From Tubulanus polymorphus (taxonomy: Eukaryota; Animalia; Nemertea), in the NCBI RefSeq assembly GCF_964204645.1, contig NC_134025.1, positions 15,252,001-15,316,000 of the forward strand: a DNA stretch of 64,000 bases. Direction: 5' to 3'. The translations under genes and the position numbers were made by a program. The notes beneath the pieces are model-generated. The model searched no databases. It was given only the letters and a program-made list of their open reading frames with translations, and was not told the DNA's origin. Shown here piece by piece: positions 23,978 to 36,799 of the stretch (positions are counted from its first letter, which is position 1; each line of letters begins with the position of its first letter).

Positions 23978-24727
23978 CTGGGCGATACAGGTCGATGTTG
24001 ACGGTTCAAAGTTTCTGAGCAGAATGATTAGTTTATGGATTTACATGGCGTTTTTATTGTCAGAAAATGACTTGCCCGAACACGATTTACGGTTTCACTT
24101 GTTGTTGCAAAATATATTTCGCCTAAACTCGTTCATGATTTCACCTATATTCTTGATTCGAGTGACTCGAGTCATACCAACACGGTTTCATATTGGTTAG
24201 TTCGGGTATATCTTCGTTAATCTTGGAAATATTCCCCCACTCCCCCTCCTCTCACGCACACACACACACACGCGTTCGCGCTTACGCGCGCACGTGTATA
24301 GAAATACGTAATATTGAGTCCGATTTAACCGAATGCTTCCGTACGGATATTAATGTAACAGAGTGAAAAGACAAAAATATAGTTACCTATTTATTTATTT
24401 ATTCTATTTATTGCGTATTTATTGTTAATAAATGTTTTTTAATTGTTGACATTAATTTGTTTTACATTTGTTTTTTGAATTTTTGGTTTACTTCGTTTCA
24501 CCCGTACTCGGAAAAGCGCCATCTAGGATTTACTCCTCCCCCTCCTCTCACACACACGCATAGGATGTCGTACCCAATAAATAAATTTGGATTTGGTCTC
24601 AATAAATAAAATTGGATTTAACATCATCAATAAATTGATTTGGATTTGTTGTCAATTTATTGATTTGGATTTAGCGGAAAAATTTTGAATTTTCCCGCCA
24701 AAAATTTGAAATTTGAATTTTAACCGC

Positions 24728-24858
24728 CACTTCCGGTCGCCATCTTGGATTACGTCACTTCCGGTCGCCATCTTGGATTACGTCACTTCCGGTCGCCATC
24801 TTGGATTACGTCACTTCCGGTCGCCATCTTGGATTACGTCACTTCCGGTATGACGTCA
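24728..24858. promoter_or_regulatory. Subterminal 28-bp tandem array (4 copies plus a partial) of ETS, YY1 and ATF/CRE-like sites
   Basis: Unit CACTTCCGGTCGCCATCTTGGATTACGT; perfect TGACGTCA at 24851; E2F-like TTTCCCGCC at ~24691. Confidence 0.7.
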
Positions 24859-24918
24859 TCCCCCTCCCCCTCCTCCCCTCACTCCACTGTGGTACCATAG
24901 TGACATACCCTAACTACT

Positions 24919-25439
24919 ATCGACCTTACAATAACTGACTTGTTATATTTGGACGAAGATGTATGTGCGGTCGCGTGTCCCGACGTATCGCCGCCGAAGA
25001 AAAGGTGTTAATGCTGTCGATGAATCGCGATAAACTGTATATACTGTTTTCCGAATCCTGTCGAGCGTTATTCCGAATCCTGTCGAGCGTTATTCCGTAT
25101 CCTGTCGAGCGTTATTCCGTTAATTGTCGTCGTTAGAATTCATCGCCCTGGATGTTACGTAAGCTAATGGCAATGCGTGCGAATTGCGAATAGTTGCGAA
25201 TAATTGCGACTGCAGACGTGCAGTGAAGTTACTCTACTGTGCCTATTAATTTTTGCATAGTATTAAATTTAAGTTTGGCATATAATTGTAATTCCATCAG
25301 TGAGCTAACTGTTGTTTTCCTTTGAATAACATCAATAAAGTTATTTAGTTTTATATTTTTAATCCAAATTGTTTTGTTTCCTTCATAAGGACAGGTTAGA
25401 CGGGTTTTTCCTACAATTGGCCCTTAACGAATTGTTTCA
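24919..25439 (+). repeat. 3' portion of the 5' LTR
   Basis: Nearly identical to 32718-33216, ends TTTCA, carries one extra 22-bp tandem unit. Confidence 0.93.
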
Positions 25440-25457
25440 TGGTCCCTCGAGCCGGAT
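25440..25457 (+). other. Primer-binding site, tRNA-Tyr type
   Basis: TGGTCCCTCGAGCCGGAT immediately after the LTR; resembles the complement of the tRNA-Tyr 3' end with one mismatch. Confidence 0.8.
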
Positions 25458-26687
25458 GGAATTACTATATTGCTAAACTACTTGTATTTTGACATTTATG
25501 CTATGAAATTGATTGTATTGCTACATTATAATAGTTGTTCTGAAGTGATGTGTTTTATATTGGTGTAAAATTGTATGCCATTAGCTGTACTCTTACTCGT
25601 CGCATGTGTGAGCAGTATAGCTTGAATTCTATTGTTGTCAAGTTGTTTTAAGTAAAGTTACATAAACTAATTGTTCATGATTCAAAGTTTGTAAATCCTT
25701 TTAAAAAGTGTCATCTCACTTGTTAGGTCATTCAGTTGTGACCTACTATGTATGTTGTGTTAGTTTAGCCTAAAGTTGAAGTTTGTAACCTAAGGTATTA
25801 CTTTTCTGGGTAATAGGCCTTCAGTAGGTTTTGTATAACTAAGTTGTTTTGTGAAGTTTATTGTTACTTGTTGGTAGGCTAGCTACATGTAATACATTGT
25901 TTTATTCACACATTGGAGTACAGTTTATGGCATTTTGAGCTGCGTCTCAAATATTGATTTGTTGAGCCTGAGTCTCAAACTTTGTGTTTTGTATTGGTTT
26001 TGAGCTGCGTCTCAAATTGTTGTTGAAAATTAAAACTGGTCATATTTGATTTTATCTGTTACTGTTGACCCGATTGTTGTAGGGTATCATTGTGAAATTG
26101 TTGTATGCTTAAATGCTGCAAATGTCAGTACAGTTAGTTGAATATTTGACTTAGTTTCAGAGTGATAACCAATACATAACATAAATTGCTACGTGAAATG
26201 TAACCTTTTGAATAATTGTTTCATTCAGGTTTTGATGTAATATCCGCACAGTATATTACTTATCAGTGTGATTTCCTTTGTGGAAAATTGTCAATTTACT
26301 TAACTTAAACTTAGCCGATTGTTGTTGTAGGTTGAATAGTATGCTTGATACGTAGAACCTTGGATAAGTCTTGAAGTGGTATACGCTTGGTATAGTAGGT
26401 TGAAATTGTACGCTTTGTACAAATACTCAGTTAATTACATTAATTGTGAGGTGTAATATTGGTACGCTTGGTACATATATCTGAGTTACATAACATTAGA
26501 TTGTCCAAAATTGGTATGATTTAAAGTTATCTTGGTACATTGTTGTTGGTACCTCTATGTGATTTGATCTGTTCATAACAGTATATTGAAGCTGTAGCTT
26601 AGGTTAGGTACATGCTCATTGTCTGATCAATTGTTGAGATCAGTACCGGTAGTATTTTATTGAATTTGCTATATTTTTTCCAATTCT

Positions 26688-29600
26688 ATGGTTAAAAATA
26701 TACGCTACCCTCTGAAAATGGATGCCTTAGTGTCACGCCGTACAGTGAGTCGTGCTCGTTTTACGAAGTACTACAACACATGTAAATCAATGATGGATAA
26801 GTCCACACCCGTAGATGGTGAAAAGGTTGACCCAGTTAAACTGGGTATGGCAAAAAATGCCTTGAAAACTGTGACGGCGGTATTTGACGAAATTCAGACT
26901 GTCCAGGCAGAGATCGACAGTCATCCGGAAAATGAAGCTCGTCTAGCAGCTATGGCAGTTGACCGTCAGACCAAAGAACTTACTGATGAAGAATCCTACA
27001 ACACACAGTACTATGAAATATGTGCGAAAATTGAGGCTCTAGAAATAACGCCTGATGTGAAGCCCGATAATGGCGCTACTGGTGGGACTGGTACGGGTAT
27101 TACTCCCAATCAGCTGACCCAAATATTGTCAACACTCACACAAAGAAAACGTCAAATCAATATTCCGAAGTTTAATGGTCAGAGTCACTTATTTGATCAG
27201 TGGAAAAGTTTGCTGGATGCTGAGTTCGAGAAACCTGGGTATTCTGACGTAGAAAAAGCGCACTATACTTTATCCCTGTTGGAAGGTGAAGCTCAACGCT
27301 ATATTTCTACTTTGAAGGATCCATCGTATGAAGAAATCATCGACGCACTGGATGACAAATACGGAGACGTTCAAACTAAGATTGAACAAGCTGTTTTAGA
27401 GATAGCGAATCTCAAGCCTGTGACAAGTACTTCTGTTAAAGAACTTGATCGGCTGTATTCAAAGTTGGTTTCATCATGGAATTATATCCTGAAAAAGACA
27501 CAGGATGATGAAGAATTGGTTCACAGTAGTTGGGTTCTTACTTGTCTTGTGAGATCCAAGTTACCCAAGCCCATGTTGAGGCGTTGGGATGGTGAAAGGT
27601 TGAAGGAAGATTCCAAAAGGAAAGAAAAAAGTACTTTGCCTATTTTGTTTGATGTGCTGATTGAAAAGGTCCACGAGTCTTTATTGGTTGCTAGGCGCAC
27701 CGAGTCTGAAAGTACTGGCAGTCATGGTGGTAGTGGACTTGTGGAGAAAAAAGATGGTTTTAGAAGGTTTAATGGTGGACGTCGTCCTACAAGTCAAGCC
27801 TTGGCTGTTCAGAATGGACACTCAGCTAAGACAAAGTGCAATATCTGTGATATGGGCAACCATGAACATGAAAAGTGTTCAAAATTTCTGAAGATGAAGC
27901 TAGGTGAAAGATGGTATACCTTGAAGGACCGCCGATTAAAATGTCTGATGTCCAGACATCTGTCAAGTTCTTGTGAAAAGAACAATTGCTCAAAGTGTAA
28001 TGCACCACATCATGATCTACTGCATGGTAAATGGGAGTCCAGATCAAGACAAGCTGATCAACAGCGTACCCATGGTGAAGTTAACGATAAACCGCAGAAA
28101 ACTGCTTGGTTTGTGAAGCTGCTTGATGGCCCAAAAGAAGTTTTACTGCAGAGTGGTATTGCTCGTGTCGAAAGCCAAAATAGTGTGTCAAATGCTAGAG
28201 TTCTATTTGATAGTGGAGCCGCTGTGTCGTTTATAAGAAAACGTCTGCCGAAAAGACTTGGTTTAAAGGGACCATCTGTGATGGCTGATTTTCTACTAGC
28301 TGGTGGTTCCAAGATGACTATTGGTTGTGAGAAGGTGAAGTTCTGTATCTCTGCTGCAATCCCGAATTGGGACGTAGAAACTTTTGAAATTGAGGCTTAT
28401 TCTATAGACAAGCCTAGTGCGGATTTACCTCCATGTAAAATTGATGTTTCCACGATTGAATGTTTAAATGGTCTTCAACTAGCTGACGAATATCCCCGAG
28501 ATGAAACCGCAGCTATTGATGTTTTATTGGGCGTACATGATACCATGAAGATTTTGATGAATGAGCAATTATCCATAGAAAATAGATGTATGGTGGCTCA
28601 AAAACGTCATTTTGGTTGGGTATTGGCTGGCGCGTACCCTACGTCTGATGTTCAAAATGTATGTACTGTTTCCAACAATGTGAATTTGTATCCCGATGAA
28701 GGAACAGTATCTAAATTCTGGGAACTTGAAAGTCTCGGAATTTTACCCGAAGAAAAGGGGAAACCTACCCCAAGTGAACAGTCAGCTATTGATCAGTATA
28801 ATGAGACCACTAAACTGGTAGACGGACAATATAAAACTGGCTTAATTCGAAAACCGGAGTATCAAAATGTTGTTTTGAAGTCCAATAGACTATGGGCTGA
28901 AAAGAGGTTGCCGGGAACTGAAAACAAATTGAAGAAGAACCCTCAACTACAGGAATTGTATATAGAACAAATACAAGATCTCAAAACTCGAGGTCACGCT
29001 GTCAAGGTTGATGAAAAACTGGAGCCAAGTGATCGCACTGTATGGTATCTACCTCATCATGCTATAGTGAGGTTAGATAAGACTACGACAAAACTCCGTG
29101 TTGTAATGGATGGTTCGGCTGTTGGGCCAGAGGGTGTTTCATTGAACGATACCCTTTTACCAGGGCCCAAGTTACAAGTGGATATCTGTGGTGTACTTCT
29201 ACGGTTCCGATGCCACCCTATTGCATTGGTCGCTGACATCGAGAAGATGTTTCGACAAATCAAGATAAAAGAGGAAGACCAAGATTCACAGAGATTTTTA
29301 TGGCGTGATATGGAAACAGGAAGAGAACCTGATGTTTATAAACTGACAACTGTTGTTTTTGGGTTGACGCCATCGCCTTTTTCCAGCATCATGACCATTC
29401 GTAAGCATGCAGAATCCATGAAGTCCGAGTATCCAGTCGCATGCGAAGAAATTCTGTCAAATACCTTTGTCGATGATGTTTTGTCTGGTGAGGACAGCGT
29501 AGCTGAAACTGCTCAGTTGGCTGTAGACTTAAAAAATTGTTTGGCGGTTGGTGGGTTCCCACTGAGAAAATTCATCAGCAGCGAACCTGACGCATTGAAG

Positions 29601-32023
29601 AAACTGGAACCTGAGGATCTTGCTTCACACCACACTAAGTTGGTGTCTGATTCAGAAACAAAAGCCCTCGGTGTCAGGTATCTGCCAGATGAAGATTCAT
29701 TGATGTTTTCATTTTATGAAAAAATGTCTCAATTAGAAACCGAGACAAGAAGAACTTTATTGCAACAATTGAATAGGATTTATGATCCTATGGGAATGCT
29801 ATCTCTCTTTATTATAAAAGCGATGTTTCAGGCCGCATGGACGGCTGTATGTGGCTGGGATGATCCACTGCCAGATGATTTATGTACAGCTTGGTTGAAT
29901 TGGAAATCTGAAGTGAAACAACTAGACGAGATCAAGATCAACAGATGTCTCATTCCAAAGACTATCAAGCAGCCTAAATTTAGTATCCATGGTTTTGGTG
30001 ATGCCTCAGAGTCTGCGTATGCTTCTTGTGTGTATTTGAGAGTTGAAGACACAGAAACTGGTGAAATTTCTGTATCGTTGTTATGCTCTAAAACTAGAGT
30101 AGCTCCGTTGAAGGAACGTCGAACAATACCAGAACTTGAATTGATGGCAGCGTTTATAACAGCTCGTTTAGTGACATTTGTAACCAGTCAGTTGACGCAG
30201 ATTGAAATAGACTCTGTCACATGTTGGACTGACTCGAAAGTAGTTTTGGCTTGGTTGTCACAGCCTGCTTATAAATGGCAAACTTTTGTACAAAACCGTG
30301 TGCAGGAAATTCAAGCCAAGGTACCGTCTGGAAACTGGCGTGTAAATGTAACCCGGCTGATATCTGTTCACGTGGTTGTCTAGCTGGTGAACTTGTGAAT
30401 TCAAAACTCTGGTGGCATGGCCCTGAATATCTGATGTTGAAGCCTGATCAGTGGCCGAAATCATCATCTGATGATAGTTCAGCCAAGGAAATTGCAGTTA
30501 AGAAGGCAAGATTCAAGGTCAAGGTTGCCAGTAGTGCTGTCGAAATTATTGATGGGAAGAAGAACTTTCTAGATAAATGTATAGCCAAATATAAATCATA
30601 CCACAAATTTGTCCGTGTTATGAGTTTGGTTAGGAGACCCTTCATCCGAAATGAGGGGAGAGATGTAAATACTAATCATCCTGTGAAAACTGAAAAATTG
30701 TGGTGGTGGAGATATGTTCAAGAGAAACATTTTCCTGAAGAAATCAAGTGCTTGAAATCTGGTAAAGAGATACCAAAATCAAGTATGATCCGTTCTTTGA
30801 ATCCTATGTGGGATGATGAATCTCAGTTGATAAAAGTTGGTGGTAGACTCAGCAATGCATTGTTACCTGATGAATCGAAGCATCCGATCATTCTCCCTTC
30901 TGGCGAAACATTGGTTAGAAGTATGATACTGTGGCATCACAAGTTACATGGTCATACTGGCGTTGCTCAAACTCTGGCCAATGTACGATATAAACATTGG
31001 ATTGTCCGTGGCAGAAGAGAAGTGCGTCAAGTGATCAACGATTGTCGGTGCAAAGAACCTAAGCCAATGGGTCAAAAGATGGGGCAGCTGCCTGCTGAGA
31101 GGTTGATTGATGTACCACCATTCACCAATGTTGGAGTGGATTTTGCTGGTCCACTGTATGTTGTTAATGGTAACGAGGAACAGAAAAGTTACATTCTGTT
31201 ATTCACCTGTATGAGCACCAGAGCTGTGCATTTAGAATTAACTGAAGACCTATCGGCACCTGAATTTTTGAAAGCGACTGAAAGAATGATGCATCGGAGA
31301 GGAAAATGTTCGACCATTTACTCTGACAATGCAAAAACATTTAAAAAGGCTGCCAATGTACTACGGCGTCTTTTTAAAACATCTTAAGTCACTATAGAAG
31401 CTGGTTTAAATAAACATGGTGTGACATGGAAGTTTATTCCGCCAAAATCGCCATGGCAAGGTGGTTTTTATGAGAGGTTAGTAAGGAGTGTAAAGGAGCC
31501 CTTGAGAAAAATACTCGGCAAAGCTCGTCTCACTTTTAATGATCTGCGAACAGTCTTGGTTGAAGTTGAATGCCAGCTGAATTCGCGACCGCTCACAATA
31601 ATATCTGCTGATCAGGAAGATCCATTGCCGCTGACTCCAGGTCACTTCTTAGTTGGTCGGAATTTACAGATTGTTCCGGACATTGATGATGTAACAAAGA
31701 AAACCAGTTTTGGCCAGAAATGGCAGTACCGCCAAAGGTTAGCGAAACTCTTCTGGTCTCGGTGGTACAAAGAGTACCTAGTTGAATTAAACAAGATGCA
31801 AAAGTGGACTGAGATCCAGGAAAACGCTAAAATCGGCGATGTTGTACTTGTTGCGGACGACAACGTGAAGAAAGCTGATTGGCGACTTGGACGCATCATT
31901 GATGTTCATATGGGCAGAGATGATCTGGTTCGTTCTGTCACCGTTAAAACTGTGAAAGGTGTAATTAGACGTCCAGTGCAGCGTTTGCGACTTGTTGAAT
32001 CTGCTGATGATGATGAAAAGTAA
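26688..32023 (+). pseudogene. BEL gag-pol polyprotein (frameshift at ~30340, stop at 31385)
   Basis: Zn knuckles, protease LFDSGA, RT YLPHH...ADIEKMF...FVDD, RNase H FGDAS...WTDS, integrase GVDFAGP...YSDNA...GGFYERLV. Confidence 0.95.
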
Positions 32024-32114
32024 TCGGAACATTGTTGTGTACAAATTATGAAGAAATTTCGCAGCACTTCGACTCACGTAGTACCTTATTTGAAAACTCG
32101 CTAAGGTCGTTTTC

Positions 32115-32123
32115 AGAGGGGAG
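32115..32123 (+). other. Polypurine tract
   Basis: AGAGGGGAG directly before the TG of the 3' LTR. Confidence 0.85.
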
Positions 32124-33216
32124 TGTTACCAATTGTATTTCATTGTTTTAATTTTGTAAATTAAGTAATTTTGTCTTAAATTGTTTCCCGTATGGTGCTG
32201 CCACCTTCTGGGATTACTTTCCTTCCCAGGCATGCGAGGGAGAGAATTCAAGCTCAGTGATTGGCTGAGACTTTTTTGTTGTTGTTGTTCATCCAAAATG
32301 GTGGGAAAATCATAAGATGGGTCAGGCATTTTGTATGTTATAAATCTAATTTTGTAGCCTATCAAGATGGCTCGAGTGTGCCTTGATAATGTATTTAAGT
32401 TAAACTATGTATAGATCAGGCACAGCAGCATTGAGATGGTGAAATTGTATACACACGACCGAAGTTTTATGGACTTTGAATTATAGGCAGATGTTGTCCT
32501 TGTCTGACCTTGAATACGATTCTGTTACTGATATGAAACTGTCACCGTGATTGATAATGTTCGCTTGAATCTGCGACATTTTCCAGCACCATACCTGAAG
32601 AGGATCCACCTATTGTATTGTATATATTAAACAGTTGAAAATGACCCATAAATGCAACCGTTAGCAGTTAATGTTTGTCATTGACTCGATCTTGTTGTAG
32701 TAAGGTTTTTGTAGGTAATCGACCTTACAATAACTGACTTGTTATATTTGGACGAAGGTGTATGTGCGGTCGCGTGTCCCGACGTATCGCCGCCGAGGAA
32801 AAGGTGTTAATGCTGTCGATGAATCGCGATAAACTGTATATACTGTTTTCCGAATCCTGTCGAGCGTTATTCCGAATCCTGTCGAGCGTTATTCCGTTAA
32901 TTGTCGTCGTTAGAATTCATCGCCCTGGATGTTATGTAAGCTAATGGCAATGCGTGCGAATACCGAATAGTTGCGAATAATTGCGACTCCAGACGTGCAG
33001 TGAAGTTACTCTACTGTGCCTATTAATTTTTGCATAGTATTAAATTTAAGTTTGGCATATAATTGTAATTCCATCAGTGAGCTAACTGTTGTTTTCCTTT
33101 GAGTAACATCAATAAAGTTATTTAGTTTTATATTTTTAATCCAAATTGTTTTGTTTCCTTCATAAGGACAGGTTAGACAGGTTTTTCCTACAATTGGCCC
33201 TTTACGAATTGTTTCA
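32124..33216 (+). repeat. Complete 3' LTR (~1093 bp, TG...CA)
   Basis: Starts TGTTACC after the PPT and ends GTTTCA, matching the 5' LTR end. Confidence 0.92.
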
Positions 33217-33716
33217 ACAAGATACAGTCCTGCAGTTGACTGCGGCTTCAAAATACTCGTCTCGGTTCTTTCTTCAGAAATGTTCATTCTGGCCTGTATA
33301 TAATTTCTCACATAGTCACCGATACTGTGGATGATTGCTCCTGCTGAATCAATTTCAATTTTATCCTTTCTAAAAAGATCCCATAACTTTTTATGAGGAG
33401 TAGATATAAACGGCCCATTGCTCGAATATTGACGAAGTTTATCATTCCACTCCAACATGAAATTAACATATGGATCCGTCATGGATTGGGTTATTTTATA
33501 AGAACATTGAAATGTTTTGTGCAGGTCATAAATGATATCACTCACTAGCGTTCCTACTTTCAACATTTTGTCCCAAGTTTCCATCCTTTGAGGAAAAAAA
33601 ATTAAGTGTCTAGTCTGCAACATTTTCTCTTTTACATCCTTATAGATATCTATTAAGGATATTGATTCAATAATTTTGATAGCGGAATTTGTTTTGCGTT
33701 TTCTTGCCATGGTCAC
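33217..33716 (-). pseudogene. 5' part of an unidentified gene interrupted by the BEL element
   Basis: ORF 33006-33716 crosses the LTR end at 33216; the last ~70 codons are antisense LTR. Confidence 0.5.
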
Positions 33717-34149
33717 TATTACAGTGTGGAGAAGAATACTGAAACATTGCTGCTTATATGTTATTTATCTTAAAACACATGTCGGTAACCTTTTGTTGAC
33801 CCACGGACTCGGATCAAAATATAACCTCACGTGTTAAGCTGGAACCCAGCCAGTAACCCACCATATATGTATGGAATACGCTAGTGCTGCACTCTGTGTT
33901 TCACATTAGGAACTGCCTGTGAATGAAGGCCTAAATGAAATCATTCATAGGAGTTTATAAATGCTAATTACACGGTTCTGGCTATTCCTGGCTATTACAT
34001 TTAACACCCCTTAGAAAAAGCACGTTCTTCTGTTTCATGCGGTACATTCATGATGAATATAACCCAAACACTTATTGAGTTACAGGCTTTCAAAGTTGCC
34101 TCAAAAGTCAGCAAAAAAGTTGTACATTTTTAGTCTTTATGAATTTTTG

Positions 34150-34790
34150 ATATTACAAATAACACCGGCGTTATAAATATATACTACAAGAAGTGTTCTA
34201 AATGTGAATTAGATAACTTAGCTTTAACAGAATTTAGTAAGCGTAAGATTAGCAAAGATGGTTTTCAATATTGCTGTAAAACTTGTTTTAAACTATATAC
34301 CAAACAATACCGAGAAGATAATATAGAACATTATAATTATTATATGGCAGAATATATGAGAGAAAGATATCAAACAGATCTTAATTTTAGATTGAAACAA
34401 TGCTTAAGATATAGATTAACACAATTATTCAACAATGAAACACATTTAGAAACACTATCTAATTTATTGGGTTGTTCAGATGAATTCTTAAAATCATGGA
34501 TTATATTTCAATTCGATGATAAAATGAATATAGATAATTATGGGGATTATTACCATATTGATCATGTGTTACCAATATCTAAATTTAACATGAATGATGA
34601 ATACAATAAAAAACTTATTAAGGGTTGGAAAAATTTAAGGCCTTTAGAAAAGAAGGAAAACATAATTAAATCTAATAAACTAGATTTACAGTTATATTTA
34701 GATCAACTGGATAAAGCAAAGACATTTGTTGAATTATGGAATAGTATTTCACAGAATCAACCGCATTCTGAGGTTTTAATCAGTGGTTAG
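34150..34790 (+). pseudogene. HNH endonuclease, 5'-truncated
   Basis: Near-identical to 18671-19345. Confidence 0.8.
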
Positions 34791-35321
34791 AAAGCTGGCA
34801 ATTCTATTTGAGCGTTGTATGTATATTATACATAGCTCTTGTTTACTACTAAAACATATGTTGCCAAATATATCTTGTTTTCAATTCGAAAGAATTAATC
34901 AATTACATCACAAAGGAACATCTGTTACAATCCAGGCAAACATGCAGAAATAATTAGTTTGGTCGAACGTGCGCCACGTCGGCAGTTAGAAATCAATTTT
35001 CACATACATAGTACGTATTGGATATTCTCTCTCAAAACACAGTTTACAGTTCTAAATCTAAATGTAAGTACCGTTTTTTGTAGTTATTATGAAGTAAGGA
35101 AACCTTTAAACATATTTAAGTACAGTAATTCATTTTCACGACATCTTTTAGATTAAAATGGAATACAGAGATCAACCAGAAATTCCAAGTCAACCATCGG
35201 AAGAGGAACCAGAAACGATAGATAGTGAAACTCAGGAATCAATAGAAATGGTGGATAAAACTCTCGTAATTGACGAACAAACTTCACAAAAATTACAAGA
35301 ACATTTGGACTATCATCAAGA

Positions 35322-35880
35322 ATGGTGAAAATTCTAAGTGATGTAATACATAATAAACAATTACCGCGCGAACTACAATTACCAAAATTACCAGCAATGC
35401 GACTCAAATTGCTTTTGGGACTCAAAGAATCGAAAGCTAAGAAAATGAGTGGAGAAGAGTTGAACGAGTTTTTAAAATCTAAATTAATCATTGACACAGA
35501 ACATTTAAACTTTCCGGAAATACAAAGTGTAGAATTTATTTCATTTGCTGAAATTACTGATATATTAAAAAAAAGTTATAAAACCATATTAAATAGAAAA
35601 GCAAAACACCTATGGGACCACATCATTTTCGGGGGTTATCTAAATATTTTCAATGTTTGATAAAGAAACTGAGGGGATTTCTTGGGGGCTGTGGATTAAA
35701 AAGAACATAGATATCAGTGCCGGTTTTGAAAGAAAACTGAGAAGAGTAGGTAGATTAATAAAATATGAAAAATTCAAAATATTAGGATTAGCATTTAGTG
35801 AAGTAGTCAGATATTTACCAGAAATTGAAGAAATGATTGGAAACAATCCAGTAATAAAAGAATTCTGGACAAAATTATAA
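35322..35880 (+). pseudogene. Frameshifted helical protein, possibly DUF3102/HTH-like
   Basis: Overlapping ORFs 35322-35660 and 35653-35880; FGGYL...WGLWIKKNIDISAGFERKLR; family is a guess. Confidence 0.5.
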
Positions 35881-36367
35881 ATTATAACACTGAAGGTCTT
35901 TGTAATATAGATATCAAAAAATGTAATCTCGATTGTATATATCTGTTTTAATATTGTATTGTTTACTGTTAACTAAGTATTGCGCAATAACCGGTGCGAT
36001 TGGACCGCTTTTCTATTGTTCTCCATTGTTCTATTATTGATCGTTGTTAATGGCGGCGGTTGTTCTGTATTGATTGTTTACTGTTAACTCTGTATTGCGC
36101 AATAACCGGTCCGATTGGACCGCTTTTCTATTGTTCTCCATTGTTCTATTATCGATCGCTAAAATTTGCATAATAAATATATATGTAAATGAAATAGTAA
36201 TTCCACCAGTCGTTTCTTTGAATTTATTTTCAGTTTGAGGATTTATTATCAGGAATCCGAAATGACTTATCAAAAGCAGCGAGGAATGAAAAAGGATGAC
36301 GTTAGTCGAAGAAATGGAAGAGGATTCTAAAATGTTAATCAATTTTAATAAAAAATTTGATTTATAA

Positions 36368-36583
36368 ATGGAAAGGAATGATGAATACAATAAAAAACTT
36401 ATTTGGAATTGGAAAAATTTAAGACCTCTTGAAAAGAAAGAAAATCAAATCAAATCTAAAACACTAGATTTACAGTTATATTTAGAACAGTTAACAAAGG
36501 CAAAGAAATATATTGATCAATGGAACAATGATCCAAATAATGAACAATACGTTGAGGAATTTGATATCAAGGATCCGAAATGA
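36368..36583 (+). pseudogene. Internally deleted second HNH copy (C-terminal part)
   Basis: Same upstream sequence and start as the HNH gene, joined to NDEYNKKLIWNWKNLRPL. Confidence 0.7.
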
Positions 36584-36799
36584 CTTATCTGGACAGTTAT
36601 AATTACTGCTCCTAATAGATAAACAAAAGTAGTGAGATATGAAATAGAATTCAAATAAAATGTATTAATTTTTAATATTTTCTTTTCAAAAAAGAATACT
36701 TTATATCACAAATAAAAAATACTAAAAAAACAATAACTAATACTAAATTTCTTTACCTTTAACTAAGCCAGTATTAATCTAAAGAGATGCTGGTATAAT

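Larger units (their letters stand above)
1..24918 (+). mobile_element. Polinton/Maverick (adintovirus-like) element, copy 1; left end lies ~310 bp upstream of the window
   Basis: pPolB, RVE integrase, A32-like ATPase, major and minor capsid genes between long inverted repeats; right end ...CCCTAACTACT (24918) fits the Polinton AGTAGT...ACTACT terminus; position 1 mirrors 24608. Confidence 0.95.
20806..24918. repeat. Right terminal inverted repeat (~4.1 kb)
   Basis: Mirror of the left TIR, ending in ACTACT. Confidence 0.95.
24919..33216 (+). mobile_element. BEL/Pao LTR retrotransposon (5' LTR interrupted by Polinton 1)
   Basis: LTR pair, PBS, PPT and gag-PR-RT-RNaseH-IN order with BEL motifs. 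Confidence 0.95.

Noticed and set aside
24728-24849. 28-bp repeats as a CRISPR array
   Set aside because: Head-to-tail with no spacers, no cas genes, eukaryotic context
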